This document shows, piece after piece, positions 45,882 through 55,328 of a DNA stretch of 59,904 bases (its first letter is position 1; each line of letters starts with the position of its first letter). This stretch comes from Usitatibacter sp. (lineage in GTDB: Bacteria; Pseudomonadota; Gammaproteobacteria; Burkholderiales; Usitatibacteraceae): contig JBDSRZ010000162.1 in assembly GCA_039929025.1 (NCBI GenBank), forward strand, positions 1 through 59,904. The letters run 5' to 3'. Below the pieces are notes generated by a model. That model ran no database searches. It was not told where the DNA came from and worked only from the letters and a program-made list of their open reading frames with translations. A program made the position numbers and the translations under genes.

Positions 45882-46582
45882 ACAGAAATGGGGGTCTGAC
45901 CCCGGTTTCGGGGCCGCCGTCCAGACTGTCCTGGATGGACGCGGATGCCGCGCAGCGCGAGTTGCGCCATGAATGGCGGCGTGCCCAGGGGTGTGCCGGT
46001 ACGCAGAGCGGACCGAATGTCCTCGATATCGTGATCGTCCCGCCGATCGAATAGGGCGCAATAGGCGGCCCGTCGCTCGCGATCGTCCCTTCCCAGCGCC
46101 TGGTAAACCGGGTGGGGCACGAGCGAGAGGGAGGGTATGCCGAGCGCGTTGGCCGAGAAGCTCGACCAAGGGTGGTGGGACGGGTCGCCGACCATGCCGG
46201 CGCGCAGCGGATTCATTTCGATGTACCGATAGCAGCGTAGGGCGTAGGTCTCCGACTCGACGAGGCAGGACTTGAATCGCCCATCCCAGAGGGTGCCGGT
46301 TCGCTGCCTTGTCCGGTTAACGGACTGGACGTACCGCTGCGCCAGGTTCTTCATGAAGCGCGACGCATTACCCGCGACCTGCGGCGTAAGCAGGAGGTGG
46401 ACATGGTTGGTCATCAGCACGTACGCGTGCACCTCGCAACCATGTGGCCGGGCGAGTTCCGTCATCAAGCCCAGGTACAGGCTGTAATGAGAGTCCTCGA
46501 AAAAGCATCGCTGGCGATCGTTGCCTCGCTGCACGATGTGCAAGGGCAAGCCATCGATGCTCAGGCGATGGCGACGGGCCAT
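45842..46582 (-). mobile_element. REP-associated tyrosine transposase (RAYT, Y1 HUH family)
   Basis: HIVQRGNDRQ, YVLMTNHVHLL (HUH), LWDGRFKS, YIEMNPLRAGMV, WSS; REPs on both sides. Confidence 0.92.
45885..45909. repeat. Family-A REP at the 3' end of RAYT
   Basis: GAAATGGGGGTCTGACCCCGGTTTC; read as NRGQTPI in the RAYT frame. Confidence 0.9.
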
Positions 46583-46647
46583 GGTTCGCTTCTATCCATG
46601 TCCGCCTAACGCGGCGGTCCCGAGCACCCGTTGACAACTGGGTCGAC

Positions 46648-46702
46648 AACCGGGGTCTGACCCCGGTTAACGAATCTCCAGAAACCGGGGTCTGACCCCG
46701 GT
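46648..46702. repeat. Two family-A REPs upstream of RAYT
   Basis: AACCGGGGTCTGACCCCGGTT (46648-46668) and GAAACCGGGGTCTGACCCCGGT (46681-46702). Confidence 0.92.
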
Positions 46703-46710
46703 CTGCGGGG

Positions 46711-47034
46711 TTACCGCCGGTCGCTCGCGATCACCAGGCCGACGATGAGGCCCACGGCGGCGGCCACGCCGATCAGGGTCCAGGGATTCTCGTGCACGTA
46801 CTCGTCGGTGGCTTTCGCGGCCGCGGTGGTGCGCTCGTAGGCCGCGCCCTGCAGCTCGCGCACGCGGCGCTTGGCCGCGGTGAGGTTTTCTTCCACCGAG
46901 GCGCGCAAGGCGCTCGCCTTGTCGCCCGGCACGCTAGCCATGGCGCGCAGCAGCGACTCGGTATCGCTTACCACCTTGTTGAAATCCTCGACCAGCTGGG
47001 CCTTGGCGTCGCCAACGTTCGTATTCATGTCCAT
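46711..47034 (-). CDS. DUF883/ElaB/YqjD-family tail-anchored protein
   Basis: TDEYVHENPW followed by a C-terminal TM helix; AGGAG RBS. Confidence 0.9.
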   Translation of the reverse strand: MDMNTNVGDAKAQLVEDFNKVVSDTESLLRAMASVPGDKASALRASVEENLTAAKRRVRELQGAAYERTTAAAKATDEYVHENPWTLIGVAAAVGLIVGLVIASDRR

Positions 47035-47072
47035 CTCCTAGGGCAAATGGTGCGCAAAGGGCTTGGACACCC

Positions 47073-47816
47073 TCAGGCGAGCAGAATTCCGGCCGCCACC
47101 GCCATCATGAAAACAAGGGTGAAGCGCCGGAAGCGGGTGTCGTTGAAGCGTGAGAAGAGACGGGTGCCGGAAACCATGCCGAGGTAATACCCCGGCGCAA
47201 GGATCGCCGCGAGCCGTAGCTCGCGCGCGCCGAGCACGCCGTTCAGCCACAGCATCGTGATCCCGGCGAGCGAGATCGCGCCAACGAAGTAGGTGAGGTT
47301 GGCGCGCGTGGTCTCGATCGGGTCGGGCCCGGCGAGCAGGTAGAGGATCACGGGAGGCCCGCCCATGCTGGTCGCCCCCACCATGGTCCCCGACACCGCG
47401 CCCAGGCCGAGGGCCGTCGCCAGGCGCTGCCGTGCGGCATAGCGCCAGCCCCTGAGCAGCAGCAGCGAGAAAACGATCACCACCGCGGCGATCACGCGCC
47501 GCATCAGCTGCGGGTCGGCGCTCACCAGGATCCAGGTGCCCAGCGGCACCGTGACGCAGGCCATGGCGATGATCGGGCCGATGACCCGCGGCCGCACCAG
47601 ATGGCGCAGCTGCACCAGCATCGGCGCCGCCACCACCGATTCCAGCAGCAGCACCACGGGAACTGCCAGCAGCGGCCCCAGTAGCAGCGCCAGCGGCGGC
47701 GACATCACCATCGCGCCACCGAAGCCGGTGATGCCGCGGATCACCCCCGCCAGCGCCGCGATGGCGCCGGCAACGAGGAGCCGCTCAGGTGCGAAGGAAT
47801 CCACCGTCCACGGCAA
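47073..47816 (-). CDS. TauE/SafE-family exporter (third paralog)
   Basis: RGITGFGGAM and GATSMGGPPVILY repeats. Confidence 0.85.
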   Translation of the reverse strand: MPWTVDSFAPERLLVAGAIAALAGVIRGITGFGGAMVMSPPLALLLGPLLAVPVVLLLESVVAAPMLVQLRHLVRPRVIGPIIAMACVTVPLGTWILVSADPQLMRRVIAAVVIVFSLLLLRGWRYAARQRLATALGLGAVSGTMVGATSMGGPPVILYLLAGPDPIETTRANLTYFVGAISLAGITMLWLNGVLGARELRLAAILAPGYYLGMVSGTRLFSRFNDTRFRRFTLVFMMAVAAGILLA

Positions 47817-48501
47817 TGGTCTCGCCGGTGATCATCGAGGCGGCGTCGGAAGCGAGAAAGAAGGCGAGGCGCGCCACGTCGGATTTCTCCGGGAAGCGTC
47901 CCAGCGGGATGCGCCCCAGCACCTTCGCGCGACGTTCGGTGGTGAGCAGCGCATGGGTCATGTCGGTGTCGACCACCGCCGGCGAGATCGCGTTGACGCG
48001 GATGCCGCGCGGCCCAAGCTCGCGTCCCAGTCCCTGGGTCATCGCCACCACCCCCGCCTTGGTGGCGCCGTACCAGACGTTGCCGATCGCCCCGCCGCCC
48101 TTCTCCGCCGACACCGAGGCGATGTTCACGATGCAGGCGCCGGCGCGGCCGGCCATCAACGGCAGCGCCGCCTGGATGCAGTTGAAGAGGCCGGTGAGGT
48201 TCACCGCCACCAGCCGGTCGAATTCCTCGCCGGGCGTCTCGTCCACGGCGCCGGTGCAAATGACGCCGGCGTTGTTAACCAGGACGTCGAGGCCGCCCTG
48301 CTCGGCCTGGATTCGAGCCAGCGCCGTGGCCACCGAGGCGCGATCGGTGACGTCCAGCGGCAGCGACCGGCTTCCGGCGGCGCCCGTGAGGATGTCGCCG
48401 CGATAGACGAGCGCCCCGTGCGAGGCGAAATGCTCCGCGATCACCGCGCCGATCCCGCGCGCCGCGCCCGTCACCAGCACCACCCGGTTCTTTTCGCTCA
48501 T
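47785..48501 (-). CDS. Short-chain dehydrogenase/reductase
   Basis: [21 protein letters not shown]. Confidence 0.92.
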   Translation of the reverse strand: MSEKNRVVLVTGAARGIGAVIAEHFASHGALVYRGDILTGAAGSRSLPLDVTDRASVATALARIQAEQGGLDVLVNNAGVICTGAVDETPGEEFDRLVAVNLTGLFNCIQAALPLMAGRAGACIVNIASVSAEKGGGAIGNVWYGATKAGVVAMTQGLGRELGPRGIRVNAISPAVVDTDMTHALLTTERRAKVLGRIPLGRFPEKSDVARLAFFLASDAASMITGETIAVDGGFLRT

Positions 48502-49274
48502 GCCTCGATCTCGAACTCGTCGTGTATCAGGTCGCGGATGCGCCGCTTCATCGCGATGAAGGCCGGGTCCAGCTCGCTCCTCGGCCGCGGCAGGTCGACC
48601 CGGATCTCGGCCTTCACCCGCCCCGGCCGCCGCGTGAGCACCACGATCTGGTCCGACAGCAGTATGGCCTCCTCGATGCTGTGGGTGACCAGCACCATGG
48701 TCTTCCTCGCCTGCGGGTCCGCACTCGCGAGGATGCGCCCCATCTCCTCCTGCATGCGCGAGCGATTCTGCGCGTCGAGCGCCGCGAACGGCTCGTCCAT
48801 CAGCAGCACCGCGGGATCGACCGCCAGCGCCCGCGCGATCGACACGCGCTGTTTCATGCCGCCCGAAAGTTGGTGGGGATAGCGCCTTTCGAACCCCTGC
48901 AGGCCCACGAGCGCGATGTTGCGCGCCACGATCGCGCCGCGTTCAGCCGCGGCGACCTGTTTCATCTCCAGTCCAAACGCGACGTTGTCCTCGACCGTCA
49001 TCCAGGGGAAGAGCGCGTAGTCCTGGAAGACGACCGTGCGCTGCCAGGTGGGCGCGCCCACGGGCTGGCCGTCGACCGCGATCGATCCCGCGGAAGGCTG
49101 TTCAAAGCCGGCGAGCATCATGAGTAGCGTGGTCTTGCCGCAGCCGCTGTGGCCGAGGATCGAGCAGAACTCGCGGTCCGCGACCTCGAAGCTCACGTCC
49201 CTCAAGGCCTCGACGGGATCGTGCCCCGCCTCGGCGAAGGTCTTGCCCAGGTGGGAGATGGCGACGCGGCTCAT
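48498..49274 (-). CDS. ABC transporter ATPase (TauB/SsuB-like)
   Basis: [30 protein letters not shown]. Confidence 0.92.
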   Translation of the reverse strand: MSRVAISHLGKTFAEAGHDPVEALRDVSFEVADREFCSILGHSGCGKTTLLMMLAGFEQPSAGSIAVDGQPVGAPTWQRTVVFQDYALFPWMTVEDNVAFGLEMKQVAAAERGAIVARNIALVGLQGFERRYPHQLSGGMKQRVSIARALAVDPAVLLMDEPFAALDAQNRSRMQEEMGRILASADPQARKTMVLVTHSIEEAILLSDQIVVLTRRPGRVKAEIRVDLPRPRSELDPAFIAMKRRIRDLIHDEFEIEA

Positions 49275-50074
49275 CGCGTCATCGCCCGCGACCAGGGCAA
49301 CAGCTTCGCCCCAGCCGCGCGGATCGCGCTGTCGATCGCGAGGCCGACCACGCCGATGGTGGCCATGCCGACGATCACGTAGTCCGTCCTCAGAACCGTG
49401 CGCGCGTCGTTGATGAGGAAGCCGAGGCCCGAGTTGGCGCCGACCAGCTCGGCCGCGACCAACGCCATCCATCCCACACCGAGGCCGACGCGAACGCCGG
49501 TGATGATCTGCGGCATCGCCGCGCGCAGCACCACGCGCCAGAGGATGCGGCCCTCGCTCGCGCCGAGGCAGCGCGCGGCGCGCACCAGGTTCGGTTCCAC
49601 ACCCTTTACGCCGGCGATGGTGTTGAGCAGGATCGGGAAGAAGCAACCGAGGAAGATGATGAACTGGTTCTGCGTGTCGCCCACTCCGAACCACAGGATC
49701 GATAGCGGGATCCACGCGAGCGGCGGCACCGGGCGCAGCACCTCGACCAGCGGGTCGACCTGCTCTTCCACCGCTCGCCACCAACCCATCGCGATGCCCA
49801 GCGGGATCGCGCTCGTCGCCCACAGGAACGCGACCGCCTCGCGCTTGATGCTGTCGCGCAAGTGCGTCCAGAGCTCACCCGAGCGCGCGAGCTCCCACGC
49901 GGCCTTCACCACGTCCTGGGGCGGCGGCAGCAGTGCGCGTGTGGTCTTGTCGAGCAGGTAGGTGCTAACGGCCCACCACCCCAAAACGATTACCGCCAGC
50001 AGGCCGAGGGACCCGACCCCATACAACCGGGGTCTGACCCCCGTTTGCATTTGGGGTCTGACCCCGGTTTTCAA
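49271..50074 (-). CDS. ABC transporter permease (TauC/SsuC-like) with REP-derived N-terminus
   Basis: [30 protein letters not shown]; TTG start overlaps upstream TGA (alternative ATG 50050). Confidence 0.9.
   Translation of the reverse strand: MKTGVRPQMQTGVRPRLYGVGSLGLLAVIVLGWWAVSTYLLDKTTRALLPPPQDVVKAAWELARSGELWTHLRDSIKREAVAFLWATSAIPLGIAMGWWRAVEEQVDPLVEVLRPVPPLAWIPLSILWFGVGDTQNQFIIFLGCFFPILLNTIAGVKGVEPNLVRAARCLGASEGRILWRVVLRAAMPQIITGVRVGLGVGWMALVAAELVGANSGLGFLINDARTVLRTDYVIVGMATIGVVGLAIDSAIRAAGAKLLPWSRAMTR
50025..50071. repeat. Two family-A REPs encoding [16 protein letters not shown]
   Basis: Cores GGGGTCTGACCCC within 50025-50046 and 50050-50071. Confidence 0.9.
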
Positions 50075-51321
50075 GGGTTATAGGCCTGACCGCCGAACGA
50101 CCACGCCTTCACCAGGTCGCCCTTCTCCGGAAATGCCTGGGGGTCCTTCATGTTGATCGCGTGCAGGTAGTCCGGGAACGGCGGCTTGGCGGGATCCCCT
50201 TTCCATCCGGGGGGAATGAAGGGCGGCTGCTTCGGGATCGCCCAGCCAAGCTTTTCGAAGGTCTTCTTCATGAAGCGCTCGTCCACCGCCGCCACGAAGT
50301 CCCTGGCCTTCAGCGGCTGCGTGATGCGCTTCTGCTCGTGGAGCCAGTCGAAGATGGTCTCGTTCACCGAGCCCCAGAACTGCGCGTGCGGGTAGATGTT
50401 CGTCGGCTTGTAGAGATTGTTGTACGCACGCACCTGCTGCAGCAGGATCGCCTTGGAGAAGTTCTTGAGGGCCGGATCCTCGGCCATCAGGTCGGCGGCC
50501 TTCTCCGGATAGCGGCGCGTCCAGAGCGTGGCCTCGGCGAAGGCGTCGGAGAAAGCTTGCGCCACGTCGGGCGCGTTCTCGACGATCTCGGCGCGCAGGT
50601 AGAACTGTCCCTCGTACATGTTGTAGGGGAAGATCGAGTCGATGATGCGGCCGTTCTTGCGCTCGTCCACCATCATCGTCGGCGTCGGATCCCACGAGAC
50701 CACGCCGTCGATCCCCTTGGGCAGTGCCATCTGCTCGCCCGGCGGCATGTTCTTGAGGATCACGTCCTTGCCCGACTGGATGCCGTTCACCTGCATCGCC
50801 ATCTGGAAGTAGAACTCGGCCGACGAACCGGTCACCAATCCGATGGTGGCGGGCGGATTGCTACCCTTGAGGTCCTTGATGTTCTTCAGCTTCGAATCCG
50901 TGGGCACCACCAGCGCGTGCAGCAGGTTGGGGCTCAGGATCGCGATCGCCTTCACCGGGATGCTCTTGTCGAGGAGAGAGGTGAACGGGAAGTTGCCGCC
51001 GTTGCCGGCCTGGAACCGGGCCGAGACGATGGTCTCGTTGATCGCCGGGCCCGAGGGGAACGCCTGGAACCTGGTCTCGATGCCGCGCGCCTTCAACAAC
51101 CCCTGGCGGTCCATGACGATGTTCACGGTGTTTTGTCCCGACCACGGCGCCTGGTAGGCCACCTGAACGGGCCACCAGCCCTTGTCCTGCAGCCACTTCA
51201 CCGACTTGTCCGACACCCGCTCGTACGGCGTCGGCCACCCCCATTCGTTGAACTTCTGTTGGGCGAGCGCCGGCATCGCAACGAGCAACGCAGCCACTGC
51301 AGCGAGCATCTGCTTGAACAT
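50071..51321 (-). CDS. ABC substrate-binding protein (SsuA/TauA-like)
   Basis: Signal peptide, FPSGPAINE, IKDLKG, GSSAE, SWDP; upstream of permease and ATPase. Confidence 0.85.
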   Translation of the reverse strand: MFKQMLAAVAALLVAMPALAQQKFNEWGWPTPYERVSDKSVKWLQDKGWWPVQVAYQAPWSGQNTVNIVMDRQGLLKARGIETRFQAFPSGPAINETIVSARFQAGNGGNFPFTSLLDKSIPVKAIAILSPNLLHALVVPTDSKLKNIKDLKGSNPPATIGLVTGSSAEFYFQMAMQVNGIQSGKDVILKNMPPGEQMALPKGIDGVVSWDPTPTMMVDERKNGRIIDSIFPYNMYEGQFYLRAEIVENAPDVAQAFSDAFAEATLWTRRYPEKAADLMAEDPALKNFSKAILLQQVRAYNNLYKPTNIYPHAQFWGSVNETIFDWLHEQKRITQPLKARDFVAAVDERFMKKTFEKLGWAIPKQPPFIPPGWKGDPAKPPFPDYLHAINMKDPQAFPEKGDLVKAWSFGGQAYNP

Positions 51322-51339
51322 GGTCCCCTCCTGTCGGTT

Positions 51340-52143
51340 TTACCGCCTGGTCTTCGTGCCGCCATCTTCCGTGAGCGCCCGTCCCAGCTTCACGCTCGCG
51401 GCGCGCAAGTCGGGAAGGAAGCGCTTCACGCCCTGTAACGTGTGACGAGCCTGCGCCGCGGAGATCGCGAGCCCCGCGCACACCTGGCCGTCGCGCGGGC
51501 CCTCGACCGGCACCGCGATGCACACCACCCCGGACATGAACTCCTGGTTGTCGGTCGAGTACCCCTGCTTGCGCGTGCGCCTCAACTCTTCCTTGAGGCG
51601 CCCCGCGTCGGTGATCGTGTTTGCGGTGTAGCGGGTGAGCGCGCCGCTCGCGAGGTGAATGTCGAGCACGTCGTCGGGAAGCTGGGCCAGCAGGAGCTTG
51701 CCGATGGCCGAGCAGTGCAACGGCACGCGGCTGCCCGACTCGAAGCGCAAGCCCAGCGGCCATTGCGACTCGACCCGGTCGATGTAGACCACGTGGCCGC
51801 CGGTCATCACCCCGAGGTTGCAGGACTCGCCCGTCCTCCTCGCCAGCGCCGCGAGCACCGCATGGCGCGTGCCGGAGCCCGCGGCCGCCTGCAGCACGGC
51901 GAGGCCGAGAGTCACGAAGCGGCTCGCCTCGACGATGCGGCGCCGCCCGGGCTCGCGTCCCACGAATCCCAGCTTCTCGAGGATGCCGACGATGCGGTGC
52001 GCGGTGGGCTGGGGAAGGTCGAGCGCCGCGGCGATCTCGGCGATCGAGAGCGGGCGCTTGCGGGCGGCGACAACCTCCAGCACGCGCAGGGCCTTGGGGA
52101 CCGCCCCCCCGGCGTCGTCACGCGTCTTGGTGGCGATCATCAC
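51340..52143 (-). CDS. IclR-family regulator
   Basis: KALRVLEVV...LPQPTAHRIV HTH; PLHCSAIGKLLLA; GVVCIAVP. Confidence 0.92.
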   Translation of the reverse strand: MMIATKTRDDAGGAVPKALRVLEVVAARKRPLSIAEIAAALDLPQPTAHRIVGILEKLGFVGREPGRRRIVEASRFVTLGLAVLQAAAGSGTRHAVLAALARRTGESCNLGVMTGGHVVYIDRVESQWPLGLRFESGSRVPLHCSAIGKLLLAQLPDDVLDIHLASGALTRYTANTITDAGRLKEELRRTRKQGYSTDNQEFMSGVVCIAVPVEGPRDGQVCAGLAISAAQARHTLQGVKRFLPDLRAASVKLGRALTEDGGTKTRR

Positions 52144-52157
52144 CCTCTCCCAAGGGT

Positions 52158-52252
52158 GAGGGAGCGAATGTAGGAAACGTTTTCGCGAACGTCGATCATG
52201 TCGAAGAAGAGGGAGCGAACGTGGGACACGTTTTCACGAACCTCGATCATGT
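52158..52252. repeat. Imperfect direct repeat with 51-bp period upstream of IclR
   Basis: GAGGGAGCGAATGTAGGAAACGTTTTCGCGAACGTCGATCATGT (52158-52201) vs GAGGGAGCGAACGTGGGACACGTTTTCACGAACCTCGATCATGT (52209-52252). Confidence 0.85.
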
Positions 52253-53752
52253 GCAAAAGTTGATCTCGGTGCCGGCGAAGCGGATGCGCGCGCGCCGGAT
52301 GTCGCGCTTGTCGTGCAGCCAGCTCACCAGCTCGTAGAGAGGCGTGGTGCTCACGCGGCACTCGGGCACCGGATCCCGCAATGGTGCGAGGAGCTTCTCG
52401 TCGTAGAACGCGTTGAGGAGCAGGTCCTCGTCGCTCACCCCGGGCCCCAGCCGCGCACGCAGCTTCGGCAACCAGGGCTCGATGTGCTCGGCGGGGCGCA
52501 CGGTCACGCGCTCCTCCGGCCGGATGTTCGCGCGCTCGAGAAATTCCGCGGAAGGCTCGGCGGCCAGCCTTCCGTAATAGCCGCACGCGTACTTGCGCAC
52601 CTCGTCGGGGATCGTCTTGTAGCGCTCGCCCTGCACCACGTTCAGCAGCGACTGCGTGACGATGAACTGCGCGAACGGGCTCACGACGATGGGATAGCCC
52701 AGGTCGTGCCGCACGCGCTCCGCCTCCTCCATGATCTCGGGCAGCCGGTGCCCGAGCTTCATCGTTTCCAGCTGGTACTCGAGGTTTGAGATCATGCCGC
52801 CCGGCACCTGGTGCTTGTAAAGGGCGGCGTCGTAGCGCGCGACCTCGCCACGCGGCTTGCCATGGCGGATCGTGAGCCACTCGAAATAGCGCGAGGCTTC
52901 CGCCATCGCGTCCTCGTCCAGGTTGCTGCGCATTCCGAGCGCGAGTGCGCGCCGATGGATCTCCTGCGTGGTCGGCAGCGAGGCGCCGTTGCCGAGCGGT
53001 TCAAGCGCGGTGTAGCCGTATTCGAAGCCGGCCTGCATCGCTATCGTGTACACCGCCGGCGCGAGGCCCGACTGGCAATGGGAATGGAGCTGCAGGGGAA
53101 TGCCCTTCGCCGCCTTAGCGAGCGCGGGGAAAAGCGTGCGCCCGCGCTCCGGCGTGAGGAGTCCCGTGGGATCCTTCACGCACATGTAGTCGACGCCCAA
53201 CTTCGCGAGCTCCCTGGCGCGCGCGGCGTAATACGCGTCGGTGTGCACCGGGCTCAGCGTGTACGTCATCCACCCGTTCACCTTCATGCCTGCGGCCTTG
53301 CCCGAGCGCACCGACGACTCGATATTGCGGTTGTCGTTCAGCGCGTCGTAGACCGTGAGGACCTTCACGCCGAGGCGCGCGAGGACGTGGGAGTTGAGCT
53401 CCACCACGTCATCGGGAAAGAGCTCGAAGGTGTAGAGGCTCTGGCCGCGGGTGAGCGCGTCGACCGGGGTGCCCAATCGTTCGCACAGCATCTGCGTCCG
53501 CCGCCAGGGGTTCTCCTGGAGGTAGCGAACGCAGACGTCGAATACCGCCCCTCCGAGGACATTGATCACGTCGTAGCCGATGCGGTCCAGGGTAGACAGG
53601 ACTGGCGACATCATCGCGCTCGTCATCCGCGTACCCCACAGGCACTGGTGCGCGTCCCTGAGGGTCACGTCCACGAAGCGCATCGTTGGGGACCGACCCC
53701 GGTTCACGCCTTTGCCTGGTTTGGGGTCTGACCCCGGTTTCCCGTGTGCCAT
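52247..53752 (-). CDS. Pyruvate/oxaloacetate carboxyltransferase (OadA/PycB-like, no biotinyl domain)
   Basis: DVTLRDAHQ, GGAVFD, CVKDPTG, HSH, HQVPGGMISN, LGYPIVVSPFAQ; ATG 53752 coupled to the BCCP stop (alternative ATG 53683). Confidence 0.88.
   Translation of the reverse strand: MAHGKPGSDPKPGKGVNRGRSPTMRFVDVTLRDAHQCLWGTRMTSAMMSPVLSTLDRIGYDVINVLGGAVFDVCVRYLQENPWRRTQMLCERLGTPVDALTRGQSLYTFELFPDDVVELNSHVLARLGVKVLTVYDALNDNRNIESSVRSGKAAGMKVNGWMTYTLSPVHTDAYYAARARELAKLGVDYMCVKDPTGLLTPERGRTLFPALAKAAKGIPLQLHSHCQSGLAPAVYTIAMQAGFEYGYTALEPLGNGASLPTTQEIHRRALALGMRSNLDEDAMAEASRYFEWLTIRHGKPRGEVARYDAALYKHQVPGGMISNLEYQLETMKLGHRLPEIMEEAERVRHDLGYPIVVSPFAQFIVTQSLLNVVQGERYKTIPDEVRKYACGYYGRLAAEPSAEFLERANIRPEERVTVRPAEHIEPWLPKLRARLGPGVSDEDLLLNAFYDEKLLAPLRDPVPECRVSTTPLYELVSWLHDKRDIRRARIRFAGTEINFCT
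53687..53741. repeat. Family-A REP doublet (one degenerate) at the BCCP/carboxyltransferase junction
   Basis: GGGGACCGACCCCGGTT and TTGGGGTCTGACCCCGGTTTC. Confidence 0.85.
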
Positions 53753-54330
53753 CACTCCGACCGTATCGCGATCAGCGGTTGCCCGGGCTCCACCGTCTGG
53801 GCGTTCTCGACAAACACATGGGTGACGACGCCCTTCGCGCCCGCCGTTACCGAGTTCATCAGCTTCATCACCTCGATAATGCAGACGATATCGTTGGGCT
53901 TCACCCTGGCGCCCTCCTTCACGAAGGGCGCGGCGCCGGGCTCCGGGGCGCGGAAGAAGGTGCCGACCATCGGCGAACGCACGACGTGGGTGCCAGCCGG
54001 GAGATCGGCGGTCGACACGGCCGCCTGGTTCGCGGCAGGAGAATAGGAAGGCGCGTTCGCGACAGTGGCGGCGGACTCGCGCGCTGCGGGCGCAGGCGAG
54101 GGAGCGCTGGGCGGCGGCGGCGCGGCGGGCCCGTTGCTCCGATGGACCTCCACCTCGATGTCCCCCGACCGCAGGCGAAAATCGGTGAAGCGCGAGCCCG
54201 ACTCGATCAGCCGCACGATCGCGAGGAGATCCTCGTAGGTGGGCGCGCGCGTCTCCGCAGCCGGAACGCTGCTGGCGCTGCGGTGGCCTGCGGCTGCACG
54301 GCGTTTCCTGGGCTCGGCGGGTCTTTTCAT
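53752..54330 (-). CDS. Biotin carboxyl carrier protein (AccB-like)
   Basis: Pro/Ala linker, RSPMVGTFFRAP, biotinylation motif EVMKLM. Confidence 0.9.
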   Translation of the reverse strand: MKRPAEPRKRRAAAGHRSASSVPAAETRAPTYEDLLAIVRLIESGSRFTDFRLRSGDIEVEVHRSNGPAAPPPPSAPSPAPAARESAATVANAPSYSPAANQAAVSTADLPAGTHVVRSPMVGTFFRAPEPGAAPFVKEGARVKPNDIVCIIEVMKLMNSVTAGAKGVVTHVFVENAQTVEPGQPLIAIRSE

Positions 54331-54365
54331 TTTCCGGAATGGAGAATTCCGTCTGATGGACATGT

Positions 54366-54394
54366 TTGCACGCGGGGGTACGGTTTGCAATAAT
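54366..54394 (+). promoter_or_regulatory. Putative sigma70 promoter giving a leaderless BKACE transcript
   Basis: TTGCAC-N17-AATAAT, 6 nt before ATG 54401; no Shine-Dalgarno. Confidence 0.5.
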
Positions 54395-54400
54395 GCCCTC

Positions 54401-55231
54401 ATGGCCAAGCCCGTCATCATCACCGTCGCGATTACCGGCGCCGTTCCAAAGAAGAAGGACAATCCCGCCGTCCCGGTCACGCCCCCGCAGCAGATCGAAT
54501 CCACCCACGAGGCCTTCGAGGCGGGCGCATCGCTGGTGCACATCCACGTGCGCAATCCCGACGAGTCGCCCGGCTCCGACCCGGACAAATACGGCGAGGT
54601 GATGGAAGGCGTGCGCAAGCACTGCGCCGGGATGATCGTGCAGTTCTCCACCGGCGGGCGCGGGCGCGACCTGGCGGCGCGCGGCGCGATGCTCCACCTC
54701 AAGCCCGACATGGCCTCGCTTGCCACCGGTTCGGTGAATTTCCCCACCAACATCTACGAGAATCCGCCCGACTTCGTGGAGGCGCTCGCGAAGTCGATGC
54801 TCGACAACGGCATCAAGCCGGAGGTCGCGGTGTTCGACCTCGCGATGCTCTACAACGCCGCGAACCTGGTGAAGAAAGGGCTGCTGAAAGCCGATGCGCA
54901 CGTGCAGTTCGTGATGGGGATTCCCAACGCGATGCCGGCGCGGCGCACCATCTTCGATTTTCTCAGCAGCGAGCTCGCCACCGTGTTGCCTCAGGCCACT
55001 TGGGTCGCGGCGGGCGTGGGCCGCCATCAATGGGAAGTGAACCAGTGGTGCCTGGAAGCCGGCGGTCACTGCCGAACCGGGCTGGAGGACAACCTGCGCA
55101 TCGAGCCCGACCGCCTCGCCGCGAGCAACGCCGAACTGGTGAAGAAGATCGCCGACAACTGCCAGCGCTTCGACCGCCGTCCCGCCACCGCCGCCGAGGC
55201 GCGCCAGATCCTCGGCCTTCGTGCCGCCTGA
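54401..55231 (+). CDS. Beta-keto acid cleavage enzyme (BKACE/DUF849)
   Basis: IITVAITG, AGASLVHIHVR, STGG, PDMASL, GGHCRTGLEDN. Confidence 0.92.
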   Translation: MAKPVIITVAITGAVPKKKDNPAVPVTPPQQIESTHEAFEAGASLVHIHVRNPDESPGSDPDKYGEVMEGVRKHCAGMIVQFSTGGRGRDLAARGAMLHLKPDMASLATGSVNFPTNIYENPPDFVEALAKSMLDNGIKPEVAVFDLAMLYNAANLVKKGLLKADAHVQFVMGIPNAMPARRTIFDFLSSELATVLPQATWVAAGVGRHQWEVNQWCLEAGGHCRTGLEDNLRIEPDRLAASNAELVKKIADNCQRFDRRPATAAEARQILGLRAA

Positions 55232-55328
55232 AACCGGGGTCAGACCCCGGTTATTTTCCCGAACGCTGAAACCGGGGTCAGACCCCGGTTTTCCCCATGG
55301 CTGTTAATTGGGGCCAGTCCCCGGTTCT
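55230..55328. repeat. Three family-A REPs (third degenerate, inside the pta 5' end)
   Basis: 55230-55252, 55268-55292 and AATTGGGGCCAGTCCCCGGTTCT at 55306-55328. Confidence 0.88.

Noticed and set aside
45842-46582. IS200/IS605 insertion sequence
   Set aside because: No tnpB; the NP-x-RAG-x-V and WSS motifs and flanking multi-copy palindromes fit RAYT.
52247-55069. 940-aa ORF as one giant carboxylase
   Set aside because: Only the part from 53752/53683 has carboxyltransferase motifs; the rest overlaps BCCP in another frame and BKACE on the other strand.
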